Assembly (NCBI GenBank): GCA_002269645.1
Contig: NIVC01000130.1
Span: 248,001 to 312,000 of the forward strand
Source: Macrostomum lignano
Lineage: Eukaryota
Direction: 5' to 3'
DNA: 64,000 nucleotides
Part shown: in pieces, positions 1 to 41,635 of the stretch
Position numbering within the stretch: position 1 is the first letter of the stretch
Layout: each line of letters begins with the position of its first letter
Made by a program: the position numbers and the translations under genes
Notes under the pieces: model-generated
Databases searched by the model: none
What the model was told of the DNA's origin: nothing
Seen by the model: the letters and a program-made list of their open reading frames with translations, nothing else

Positions 1-592
1 ACTACTTGCAAATCAGTAGTAAGTTACACAGAAGCGTTTTAATGTATTTTTAAAGCCAAGGCTCATTTTTCGGCTCTTACCCCTTAGCTTAAACACTTCA
101 ACAGTGCCTTTCCACACAACCCCCCTTTCCTTTTTGCCTTGGAATTCCAGCCTAAAGCATTCCAACCATTTCTTTATTTTAATTATAAAATAGCTTATAC
201 ATTCTTCATTGCTACTGAACTGAAAGTAGAAAGCTATTTTACTAACTACGAGTATATATGCCTGAGTGGCCCATCTAGCTATTCTATTATCTGTGGTCTT
301 AATCAAAGTAGAACATTTTTAGTAATCCTTGAACTATTGAACAATTATTATGTTTAATTCATGCAAGTACGACCAAAAATACGTGACGGCATGGAGACGA
401 AATATTTAGGAAGCGAAAGTTTCATATGTACTTTGAAGAGCCGGTATACGAGCGCAACACGCTTCGAATCAATGGTGACTACTGATTGGTCTCAACCTCT
501 TAAAAACTAATTATTTTTAATAGCCTTAAAAATGATTACCCTGTCAGATATTCGAACTAATTCGCCATCGCAATTTTCAATTTTGAAACCAG

Positions 593-1014
593 GCAAATGC
601 CTTCTTACAACTGGTTATTGCATCGCCGACGTATGGGCCGCCGAAATATTTCCAACATCGGTGCGCAACAATGGCCTGTTTTTAGCGACCACCTTGGCTA
701 TGCTGAGCAATATAGTGGCTCCGGTTATTAATACTCTATCGGACGTTGCCACGTTCCTTCCTGGATTAATTTTCGGCATAACTAGCATAGTGAGCGCTTT
801 GTCGTTGCTACTCCTGCCAGAGACAAAAGGCCTACCGCTGCCGGAGACTGTGCCGAGCTCCGAGGGGCTTGTCCGTGGCCGGGAACGACAATGGGCAATT
901 GAAACGTTCAGCAGGGAACGAGCGCAGAGTCTGCTTGACGACGACGACATGGAGGCTGTTAACAGTCAGCGCACTATAAAGCAGAAGCCAATGGAGGAGA
1001 CGACGATTGCATAG
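593..1014 (+). CDS. Terminal coding exon of an SLC22/organic cation transporter-like MFS protein (5' exons lie outside the window)
   Basis: After the acceptor AAACCAG (591-592) the frame reads (G)KCLLTTGYCIADVWAAEIFPTSVRNNG...LLLLPETKGLPLPET. This matches the SLC22 'ELFPTxxR' and 'LPETKG.PLP' motifs around TM10-12. Stop TAG at 1012-1014. Confidence 0.85.
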
Positions 1015-1107
1015 TATAGCGGTTTCTTCTGAAAACTTGGAAGGATTAAAGCTGATGGGATCCACTCTGAGCTTCAGATTTGCGTATCTTAATCTAGATT
1101 CTAGAAT

Positions 1108-1637
1108 GTCAATCCCGATCCCAAAGACAGCCAGTCCCGATCCCAGACAGCCAATCCCGATCCTAGAGACAGTCAATCCCGATCCCAAGGCAGCCAATCC
1201 CGATCCTAGAGACAGTCAATCCCGATCCCAAGACAGCCAATCTCGATACCAAAGACAGTCAATCCCGATCCTAGAGACAGTCAATCCCGATCCCAAGGCA
1301 GCCAATCTCGATACCAAAGACAGCCAATCCCGATCCTAGAGACAGTCAATCCCGATCCCAAGGCAGCCAATCTCGATACCAAAGACAGTCAATCCCGATC
1401 CTAGAGACAGTCAATCCCGATCCCAAGACAGCCAATCCCGATCCCAAAGACATCCAATCTCGATACCAAAGACAGTCAATCCCGATCCCAAAGACAGCCA
1501 ATCCCGATCCTAGAGACAGCCAATCCCGATCCCAAAGACAGCCAGTCCCGATCCTAGAGACAGCCAATCCCGATCCTAGAGACAGACAATCCCGATCCTA
1601 GAGACAGCCAATCCCGATCCTAGAGACAGACAATCCC
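1108..1637. repeat. Minisatellite, 21-22 bp unit AATCCCGATCC(C/T)A(A/G)AGACAG(C/T)C, about 25 copies
   Basis: Directly visible tandem units starting about 95 nt after the SLC22 stop. Confidence 0.95.
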
Positions 1638-2319
1638 AAGCTATGTGCTTTTTAACTCTAAAAATGTTTCCTAAAAAATCATTAAAAGCAAAAATGTCTG
1701 ATGACAAAAGTAAATCTACATTCATTAAATAGTTTGATTTAATTGAAGCATATACCATTGAGTACAAATAGTGCTTTTTTATTATAGGTGCAATAGTAAT
1801 GTTAACATAAAATATAACATGTTTACACAACATAAGAATTGTATTGAATGGTACCATTAAAGAATTCTGAAATACATGTAATAGCATTATAATAACAATT
1901 TTCTGAAAAATTGACTTCTCAATTTTTTGTGTTAACTAGATAATTTAAAGCCAATAACTACTAGTATGGTTACCTCAAAAAAGCTATTTAGAAATAACAG
2001 CTTATACAAAAATGTGAATACTATAATTTTATGAACTTTGAGTCCATTAATACAATATATTGAAAAAAATTCATTGAAGCTTACATATTAATTAAAGCTT
2101 TACTGATAGTCTGATACTAAATACTAGCACTAATATTTTTATAAAACTAATAGTATTATATTTAAATTTTGCACAGATATTAGTATAGCAACTCCTTAGT
2201 CCATGGACTGAACAGCCAAATGTAGCCTTCAGATATGTGGCACAAAAGCTATGGCTGAGCTGTTGGTTGCATATATGGCCATTAAGGCAGGTGTTATCAT
2301 TTATTATTATTATTTATAA

Positions 2320-3985
2320 TGATCCAAATAACATCATTTTGCACAATTTTATAGTAGCAACTTCCTTCACCATAATAACTTTAACATATAAAAAACAGAC
2401 AATGGAAACCAAAGTTAAGAATAAAAATATAGCACAAACTTGGCTATAGATTTACAGTAATTCAAAAAGCTTGCCAAAATAACAAAAGTACTTTTGATTG
2501 AATGCACCCAGACTTCTTTGTTAGGCTACTATAACAAAGAGATATCTATGAAAAAACTTAGAGAAACATAAAACTTTTAAAGCAGCAAAATATTTCCCAC
2601 TGGGCCCCAGCTTCATTGCTTTTTGTTTTTCCCTCTTGCTATACCAAAAATCCTTCCATGTGCACAGAGATGTGCATTTAAGTATTGCTCAGAGGAGTAT
2701 AATATATACCCTTTGGAAAAAAAGAGCATCATGTGATCAAGATTCATGAGGAACTTTTATTGGCTCGTAGGTCTAGTGCAGTCATTTACTATAGTCATTT
2801 TACATATTTACTGTAGCTAGCTACCTGTTTGTTAGCTATCACTCTGAAATTTTGCTAATTTGTTGACTTATAATCAGTCTATAACTAAACTCCCATTATA
2901 TTTTGGTTCATAAATTTTGTTTACATTGTGTTTTTTCTTGTCAAAGTTATTATGAAGAAGAAAGTTACTATTATAATAGCCTGTCAACTTGTGTATTGAG
3001 GTCAATCTAAGCTTATAAAGTGGAGTCTAAAAAGTAACCAATATATACAAATGACATATCATTTAACTTACAGTAATACTAGGAGGCTGGATTTAGCAAG
3101 TGACAAAAATTAGACCTAGGATAGGAGAAAACAAGCAAGGGGATAAGTAGGAATTCTACCTTATGAGCTCAAGTTTAATAGTCCTATATAAGAATTGCTA
3201 CAATTACAAGGGCTGTCCAAAAAATAGTGTTACTTTTCACTATAGCTTGTATCTCTTGTTCTGCTGATCCAAATAACATCATTTTACACAAATTTATAGC
3301 AGCACCTCTTTTCTTTATGTTAACTTTAACATCATTAAAAACAGAAAATGGAGACAAAAGTTGTAAACTAAAATGTAGCAGGACCTTGACAATAGACTTA
3401 TAGTAAATAAGCAAGTTAAAAAAAATCAAAGTGGTAGCTGACAAACAGGTAACTGGCCGCAATGAATGCTGCAAAATGACTGTGGTAAATGACTGCTAAG
3501 ACCCATAAACCGATGAAAGTTGAGCATAAATTGTGGCTCAACTTTTACCCTATCCCCCAAATGGTGCATATCACACTCCTTTGAGCAACACTTGAATGCA
3601 CATCTAGGAATTTTAGTGTAGCAAAAAGAAGGGATAAACAGCAATATAGTTGAAGCCTAGTTTAAAATATTTTGTTGATTTAAAAGCCATATACTTCTTT
3701 AAGTTTTTCCATAGATATCCTTTTATCACAGCAGCCTAACAAAAGTCTAAGTGCATTCTATCAAAAGTACTTTGACTACTTTTCAATAACTTGTTGAATT
3801 ACTGTAAGTTGATTGTCAAGGTTGCTATATTTTAGTTTATAACTTGTTTCCATTGTCTGTTTTTAATGATGTTAAAGTTAACATAAAGAAGAGAGTTGCC
3901 ACTATAAATATGTACAAAATGATATTATTTGGATTAGCAGAAAAAATATAGTGAAAAGCAACACTACTTTTTGGACAGCCCTCAT
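2320..3985. repeat. Three diverged copies of a ~230-250 bp AT-rich segment: 2320-2570 and 3209-3432 (direct), ~3700-3982 (inverted)
   Basis: GATCCAAATAACATCATTTT occurs at ~2320 and ~3265. AGGGCTGTCC (3209) is mirrored by GGACAGCCCT (3973), with colinear reverse-complement similarity between. Confidence 0.75.
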
Positions 3986-4730
3986 ATATACTAAAATAGC
4001 AAAGATTCCACAACTTTTTATCAAAATGGATAGGGAGGCCATTCCTAATACAACTATTAATGGCTTGTCAAACAAAAAAAGCACAAAGCAGAAATGTCCT
4101 AATAACTTCTGCATTCATTATATAGAAAAAAACATGCATTTTAGAGCTTTATTTCAAAGACTAAATATTAAACAATATATTTTACTATTAAATTAAAAAC
4201 AGCCTTTTTCACTTATAGCATTAAATATTTTAACAAAAAATATAAAAACATAGATAATAAAAGAACTTTGCTATATTCAAGCTACAAAGCAATTTAGTTT
4301 AAAATTGTATCATCAAGATAGATTAATGATATAATTTAAAAACTGCTTAAATTGATATTACCTTGAATAAAAACAAATTCTAGGAGAATATCTACTATTT
4401 ACTGTAATTATTTACTGTAATTCTATGAACTGCTGTTTAGTTATTTTTTTTTAAAATTAGGCCTAAACTTAAAAAAGACAGTGTATGTAATATTCTTAAT
4501 ACTTTCTACATTCTACAACTCAAGTACAAGGCTTAATACCTTCTACAACTACAAGTTTATAAAATATAACTTCTTACACTATATCTTAGTCTGGGCCTAT
4601 TGAAGTTTAAAATGATCCTGAACTTCAGGACTTCTACATAAATAAGCATCCTTATTTGCTGTCCCGCTGGCTGCAATTCTTAATTTTACCAGGTTAAATG
4701 ATACTGTCAAATAATTTGGAGAGAAGTGTC

Positions 4731-4971
4731 TTAATATTCAGCATTTAAAAAAATCTGTGAGTACTTAATACTCAGGTATTTGGCCACTATTCCTATAGAG
4801 TTATAAAATTTAAATCTCAAAATAAGAGTTTCATATTAATACAATTTCTAAATCTAAATGCAAACGTACTATAATAGATTAAATAGTTAATATTCAGCAT
4901 TTAAAAAAATCTGTGAGTACTTAATACTCAGGTATTTGGCCACTATTCCTATAGAGTTATAAAATTTAAAT
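4731..4971. repeat. 85 bp exact direct duplication (4731-4815 and 4887-4971)
   Basis: TTAATATTCAGCATTT...ATAAAATTTAAAT is present twice with a 71 bp spacer. Confidence 0.9.
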
Positions 4972-4992
4972 ATATTTTTATTAGGCCTAGGG

Positions 4993-5303
4993 CAGGTTTT
5001 TTATGCCAATAGGGTGTAACTTACACCTTGAAATTTGGATTTGCACCCACTTTTTTGGCACTGGATGCAACTCGTGCATCTGCATTTTTTGAGATCAAGA
5101 TTTTTAGAAAAAGTTACAAACAAAACATAATGAATGCATAAATATGAATATATTGTTTCAATATTTTTTTGAATCTTCATTGAATACTTTCCTTAAATTT
5201 AGACCTATAATCTATATGCAAGTTGCATCCTGGTTTTCATATTTGCATCCATTTTTAAGCTTGAGATGCAAGCTTGCATACACATTTTTGGCAAAAAAAC
5301 CTG
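4993..5303. mobile_element. Putative non-autonomous hAT-like MITE (311 bp)
   Basis: TIRs CAGGTTTTTTATGCCAA / TTGGCAAAAAAACCTG. The 8-bp flanks gccTAGGG / tagTAGGG match at 5/8 with central TA. Confidence 0.55.
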
Positions 5304-6898
5304 TAGTAGGGCCTAAATAGTTCTTTTAAAACCTTTTTCTTAGAAATTTTCTATTTAAAAAGTAAGCTTACATTTTAATTGTCATAACAAATCTGACTAC
5401 TAACTATCTTTAAAACGAAATTTAATTTCAACACTTTAATACACGTTCAGATTACAGAATTATTTTTTGTATTTTTTATATCTTTATAATATTTATCTCA
5501 AATACAGACGTTAGTTTCAGAACATTTTCATTTTATAATATTTTTTCGCTGATTCAGCTTAGAAAAGCCTCTGTTTAAAATGTTTTAAAAGAAAATTTTC
5601 TTAATCCAATAAAGGCATAGAAAAGTCTAGAAAGTGTTTCATATTTACCTCTAGTTTTAATGTACATTTTACAAAAAATATTTAAAACTTCCGGCTTTTA
5701 GCCTTTAATTTGTATATTTCTAATAAAACAAAATTTTCAGAATTGTTTAAAACTTTTTAAAATTATGATGCTTTTGTTTAAAAATAATGCTTTTAGAAAC
5801 TTTTCAAACTCTAAAGTGTTTTTTATATTGCTTGCATTAGAGCGATTAAAGAAGTACGCACTGATTTGTTTTTAAGTACAGTTTAAGTTCAAGCATTGCC
5901 CGGCCATGTTTCATGTTTTGAACTTTCATCGTCTGCACTGCAGTCTTATATATTTTTAGCATTTTCACTGACACTAGTCTTAACATTCATTAAGATTGTT
6001 AAATATGACTTCAGTTAATAAATATTGAATATTGGTCACGTTATACAACTAGCCTTTTAAGTATTTTGTGTCTGTTCGATGTTTGATAGTGTGACACTCG
6101 CAACAAATATTAATATTTATTGTATTACACATAGCATTTTTAAAATCCATGGCTTACTTTAAATCTATTTTAGTACAAAAAATTGACTGATTTAAACTTT
6201 TTTTAAATTTTATGTTATTTTATGATGTAATACAACAAACTTTTTTAATATTAATATTTTTTATTATAGTATTGTCTTGGCTGTATATATATTTATTACC
6301 ACTAAGAACTAGGTTTTTACACTTAATATTACAATCGATAACTACAAAAGATTATATTTTTTATTCTATCTTAAGATTATGTATTTAGTATCATCTTTGA
6401 ATCTTATTACCCTAGCCTAGCAATTATGCAGTGGCTAAATTAAACATATAAAAAACTATTTAAGTAAACTTGCATTGGCTCAAATATTTAATTTTTAGAA
6501 ATAAAAATTTTAACAGTTGATGAGGAAAAGACCTTTTATGCAAAGCACAATCAATATCAAATTTATATTTAAATTCAACTAAACAAGCTTTTAGTCATTA
6601 GCAATTAGTCAGGTTTTATGTGAGATATCTACCTGAAATTTGCATCATTGGAATAATAATTTTCAATTATATATGTCAAGCTCTTGTCTTATATTAAGCT
6701 TTTATTTAATGTAAAACGATGTGTATAATTATCTATTTGAATACAGTGTATACTATAAGAGTAACTTCTAGTTATTTCATTTTTTATAATTTTTTATTAT
6801 TTCAGAAACAAAACTATTAAAATCACGAGTGTTAAACTGTAATTCAGTTTCAACACTAGAATTTTCAAGGAAATCTATCTCAGAAGAAAAAAGGAGTC

Positions 6899-37012
<30,114 letters not shown>

Positions 37013-37220
37013 CACCGGATGTGGATTTTGCAGTTGCGCTACTAAGTTTTTCTTCGAACCTAAATGCGTCTTTAGGGTTTTCGATTTTTTTATTCTGTGC
37101 GTCTGCAGTGCATGCTTGCAGCTTGATTGACTTGGAAGCTCCGGATTGTTGACTCCATTACGTAGTTTTTAAAATCTCTTACCAACTGGGCACCAACCTC
37201 ACTCCGCGTGCTTCATTTTA

Positions 37221-37400
37221 ATTGGCTGAAGCTTTATAAAAATCTCTACCCCCAGTGTACTGACCGGCCTCACCCCTAGCTTTGCTCTCATTGGCTGAAG
37301 CTTTATAAAAATCTCTACCCCAGTGTACTGACCGGCCTCACCCCTAGCTTTGCTCTCATTGGCTGGAGCTTTATAAGACTCTCTACCCCAGTGCACTGAC
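37221..37400. repeat. 68-69 bp repeat x~2.5 downstream of the spectrin stop
   Basis: ATTGGCTG(A/G)AGCTTTATAA at 37221, 37290 and 37358. Confidence 0.9.
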
Positions 37401-38854
37401 CAATTCATTGACTGGAGGCGCAAAATGCTGAGTTTTCTAAGAAATTTTCTGCCAGTCATGCGCGCGAGCTCAGACGCGCCTAGAAATTGAAAAAAGAAAA
37501 ACTCACGCGATGTACTTTAGGCTGATTCGTCTATTCTTTTTAGTAAGTCTGAATACTCTTCTAGCACATAGTAATTGTTTAGTATTAACTAGCTATCCTT
37601 CAGTTTTTAAGTCAAATTGTTGTAAAGCTTCTGTAGGCAGTATTTTTATGTAATAATTCCATCTTTTTTTCGTTAGTTCCACCATTCCGGTCAGAAGCTG
37701 CTTCAATGCTGCTTCAGTTTTTATCAAATTGTTTCTGAATATTTTGTGTGTTTAGTTTTTTTCTAATTGCCGTTAAATTTAAATTTAAACTTTAGACAAT
37801 CCACACTGCTCTGGTCTTTGCTTTAATATCATACCTCTTTTTTTCCTCTCTCAGTCAGGTCATCGAGGGTCTTCCTATAGCACCTGTGTTTAAAGCAATC
37901 AACTGAAATATTTTATTTTTTTGTTTAATCTCTGCTATATTCCTTCAAACGTTCCTTAACGACTTAAACGTTAAGCTGCACTGCACTGGGCTCTTATTTA
38001 TTCAGCGCATTCTTTTCTCATGCTTTTAGCTAGCAATGTGAAGCACTGAAACAAAAAGCTAGTTGAATAAAAAAAGTCTCTTTTCGTACTACTCGCCGCG
38101 CCTGGCAAGTCAGTAGTGTAGTAAGGACGCGTTTTTATTATCATTATTTTTATTCTAGACTTGTTTAAAACAATCTTATCTAGCTTTCATAGAATTTATT
38201 CTTAGAGATTTTTTCCCTAGAAACAGCTGTTCCCTTTTTCGATTTTTGAGATCGGCTGTCATTTTTGCTTTATAACCCCCTCTATACCGGTATTACCTAC
38301 TATGAGTAGCTTTTGAGCACGATAGCATCAGAGACATATCAGTTGCGACCTCCCTTCTAGCTTTAAATGATTTCAGTTGGCTTAGCCTCTACGCCCTCGA
38401 TTGTAAAATTACTTTAATTACATATTTTTTCTAAAGGTTTAAAGGTTTAACTGCCATTTGCTTGTTAAGCAACTATTTAAGTCAAGAATATATATATTGC
38501 TTTGCTTTGCGAACTGTAATAGCCTTTTTTATTTCTAGCTATTCTGCTTTTGTTTCCTTTTTTCTAAAAAAGAAGGACCTTTCTGGAACTGGTCGATAGG
38601 CCTAATTGTTAGTTAAACTGCTGTCGCTTTTCATTCCGCACCTGCCGCTTCTCCTTGTGGCTTCGATAAATTCGCGCAATATTATATGCTGCTAATGTTT
38701 TAGCTATATAAATAAACTAGGTAGTAGTAAGGGAGGCGAAGAAATAGTTTTTTTTAATCGCTTAGAAGCTTGTGAAAGCAAATTATAATAATTTGTTTTT
38801 TTTACAGTCGTTGACTTACTTCTGCCTAAATACATGATATAGTTAAATACATGT

Positions 38855-39240
38855 AGTTTGGTAGATAGGTAGGTGATAGACAGGTAGGTAGGTATTTAGA
38901 TAGGTTACAGATAAGTAGGTGGGTAGACACAGGTAGGTTGGTAGTTATGTACATAGGTAGATATGCTAGATAGGTACATAAATAAAATACACATAGTTAG
39001 GGTAGATAGTTTTTTAGATAGGTAAGTAAGTAGAAGGGTAGACAGGTAGATAGGTATGTAGGTACACAGCTAAGTAGCTATGTAGGTAGGTAGTTTGTTA
39101 GGTATAGGTAGGTAGATAGTTTGGTAGGTACAGCTAAGTAGGTATGTAGTTAGGTAAGTAGATACGTAGGTAGGTAGGTAGGTAGGTTACAGGTGGATTA
39201 GTTATGAAGGTGGAAAGATAGGCACATGCAAGTAGATACG
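38855..39240. repeat. Degenerate (TAGG/TAGA)n microsatellite
   Basis: Directly visible. Confidence 0.85.
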
Positions 39241-39491
39241 TAGCCATGTTAGTATGCAAGTTTTACCAGAGCGCATACACGCAACTCATATAGCTCCATT
39301 TGACAAACTCAAATGAATTTGGTGAAAACACGAGCCCCTTAGTAGCAATGCAGTTCCTAAAAGCAATAACAATCAAGTTAAAAACCTGACAAATGACAAT
39401 GCCATATCAATTCCTTTGCAGTTGAAGTCTGTAGCAAACTATAGCACAGGATCGCTTGCTCAGAGTCATTGTTATCATTGGGTTTAGCCAA

Positions 39492-40119
39492 TCAGCGCAT
39501 GTCGAACTTCACCCATTCGCCGCTGGTTCCAACGCTTTGCTCAACCAGCGAGTCAGCAAATTGCAGCAGGCGGCACTTCTTCATCTTGCTGTTGTACATC
39601 ACCTGCCTGGAGTTGCCAGCCTGCAGCGCACTGGCAATGCACATTCTGCCGCTGACTGCAGGCTGCTGAACATCTTCGTAGCAGTACCAAGAGTGGTAGT
39701 GCGTTCGATTGAACTCGGTAGCAATCCACGAAGATGCTGGATTCGTCATAAGTGAGCTCGTGCTGTTTGAGCCAACATATCCGTACCTGACTGTGCAGGG
39801 CCATGTCTCCGATTCTGTTGTCGGCGGTTTTTCTCAGGCACAGCTCGACGGACGCTGTCCGACGCTAGATAGTCGATCGCGGAGCTGTCCATTGGGAAAA
39901 TGCCGTTGCCGTTGAGCCGCTGCTAGCCCGCTGCACTGCCGCCTCGAATGTCGCTTCGCACCAGGTGAAGCTGTGAGCTGGATTGACGAACACGCACCGA
40001 CTGGCTTGCAGGCTGAACGGCTGGGGGCATTGGGCTGCTGACTCAGACTGGGACTGGGACACTCGAGTCAGAATAACCAACAGTTGGACTAGTAGCAACG
40101 CTAGATTCTTCGTTGTCAT
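39492..40119 (-). pseudogene. Frame-disrupted secreted protein gene: signal peptide, C-type-lectin-like N-terminus, Cys-containing (PAN/apple-like) C-terminus
   Basis: ORF 40119-39865 has a hydrophobic leader then CPQPFSLQASRCVF...WCEA (CTLD beta-0/alpha-1 pattern). ORF 39749-39492 (...CIASAL...VMYNSKMKKCRLL) lies in a different frame. No frame reads through and I saw no clean intron. Confidence 0.45.
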
Positions 40120-40954
40120 GGTTGCTATGCCAGTTGGGATTTTTGAAGCCTATTTATTCTCGTTCGATACTTATTTTTAGTTTAAAAGATCCTTTGTTTT
40201 CCAAGCATTTGACATCAAAGTTGAAGTGTTGTGTTGACTTGTGCGAATGTGACAGAACTATCTGCTCCATGTAGCTACATGTCAATCTATCTGGGTATGA
40301 AAATCCAAAAACAGTTCTTCTGTTTCACGGAACACTTGATTGTAATTAATGCATTCACAGAGCTGCATACACACGTGTCCCAAAAAACTTGACTTTCCCA
40401 CATTTATTACGACTATATAGCGAACATGCATTTATATTATTTAATGACAGACTACCTTGAGCATCTCTTCGGGTACTGAATTGAAAGTAATAACAAAAGC
40501 CATTGGATTCTTCGGGTTTTAGATGGGTTTTTAGGAGAAAATCGACTTGCCCATTTAGTAGATTAACAGATTTATTTTATCAGTATTTCTGCAGGTAGCT
40601 ACTCGTATTATAACACAATTGCTTCTTTTGTACTCGTATCAGTCTTTTACATGCAGATCGGTACGGCATACATTATGTCACTTTACGTTCCGATGTTCCT
40701 TATATCTTATACAGATAAAAAGAGTCACGTCGGCAGAAGCACAAATGTTCTGAACATACTCGTATCTGCATAAAATACCGTACTTTAGCGTAGCAATGTA
40801 CTTTTCTTGTAAATGGGTGGGAACAGTGAAGCTAATATAGGGTTTTGGAAACAAAAAACTAATTAATAAACTAAACAGAAACTGCATAGCTATCGCTCAA
40901 TTTATAGGGAAGAGAATTATTGTTAGTTCTCTAATTAATTTTCTTGAACTGGCT

Positions 40955-41635
40955 TCACCATCCCATGATGCTCAGGAGAGCAGCCCCGGTGATAGCTCCG
41001 GTCACACCCCCGGTAACAGCACCGACGATTTTCCTTTTCCCCCAGCTGAGGAGGGTGCTACAGGCCTGTTTAGCGCTGTTGAAAACGTTCTTAGCGTATT
41101 CGCCCAAGCCAACGCGGCCACGCCACACGTCACCAAAGCCCAGACACTGCAGGCTGATCTTCTGCCCGTAGCGACACAGAGTGGCGAAGTGCTCGCAGTT
41201 GTTGGTGACAGGGTTGTAGTCCCAGTACTTGTCCAACCAGCTGCGAGCGTCAAACACAATCTGCGGCCTTGGCTTGGGCAGCAGATCATTATCGTGCAAG
41301 TTGTTCTTGCGCACCAGTTCGCCACAGAATACTTCCACCAGTGGGCCTCGCTCAGCTGGGCCCGATTTAACAATGTGAATGACGTCACCATTGCCTACAT
41401 AAACAGCGTAGTGGCTGTAAAAATACTGGTGCAACCAGTTGCCTTTCTTCTGCACGATGTCGCCAGGCTGCAGATGGTTCACCAGGCTCTCGGGATAGCA
41501 AAAGTCGGAGGTGTCATGTCCACGGGCCTGTCTGCCGACATATTCGTCGAACGCTCTCAGCGCTGAGCAGCGAGTGTCTCTATAACCTCCGCTGCTGCTG
41601 CTGCTGCTGCTGCTGCTTGAATGTGACTGTCCCAT
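40955..41635 (-). CDS. PLAAT/HRASLS (LRAT-family, permuted NlpC/P60) phospholipase A/acyltransferase-like protein, 226 aa, intronless
   Basis: PGD.I...Y.HYAVYVGNGDVIH and Y....NNCEHFAT..RYG motifs give the His/His/Cys triad. C-terminal Gly/Ala hydrophobic tail. Confidence 0.92.
   Translation of the reverse strand: MGQSHSSSSSSSSSSGGYRDTRCSALRAFDEYVGRQARGHDTSDFCYPESLVNHLQPGDIVQKKGNWLHQYFYSHYAVYVGNGDVIHIVKSGPAERGPLVEVFCGELVRKNNLHDNDLLPKPRPQIVFDARSWLDKYWDYNPVTNNCEHFATLCRYGQKISLQCLGFGDVWRGRVGLGEYAKNVFNSAKQACSTLLSWGKRKIVGAVTGGVTGAITGAALLSIMGW

Noticed and set aside
6806-6898. In-frame N-terminal extension of beta-spectrin from the TTTCAG acceptor at 6805
   Set aside because: The 93 nt are in frame but read KQNY-stop, so this is a 5' UTR, unlike the IDE case.
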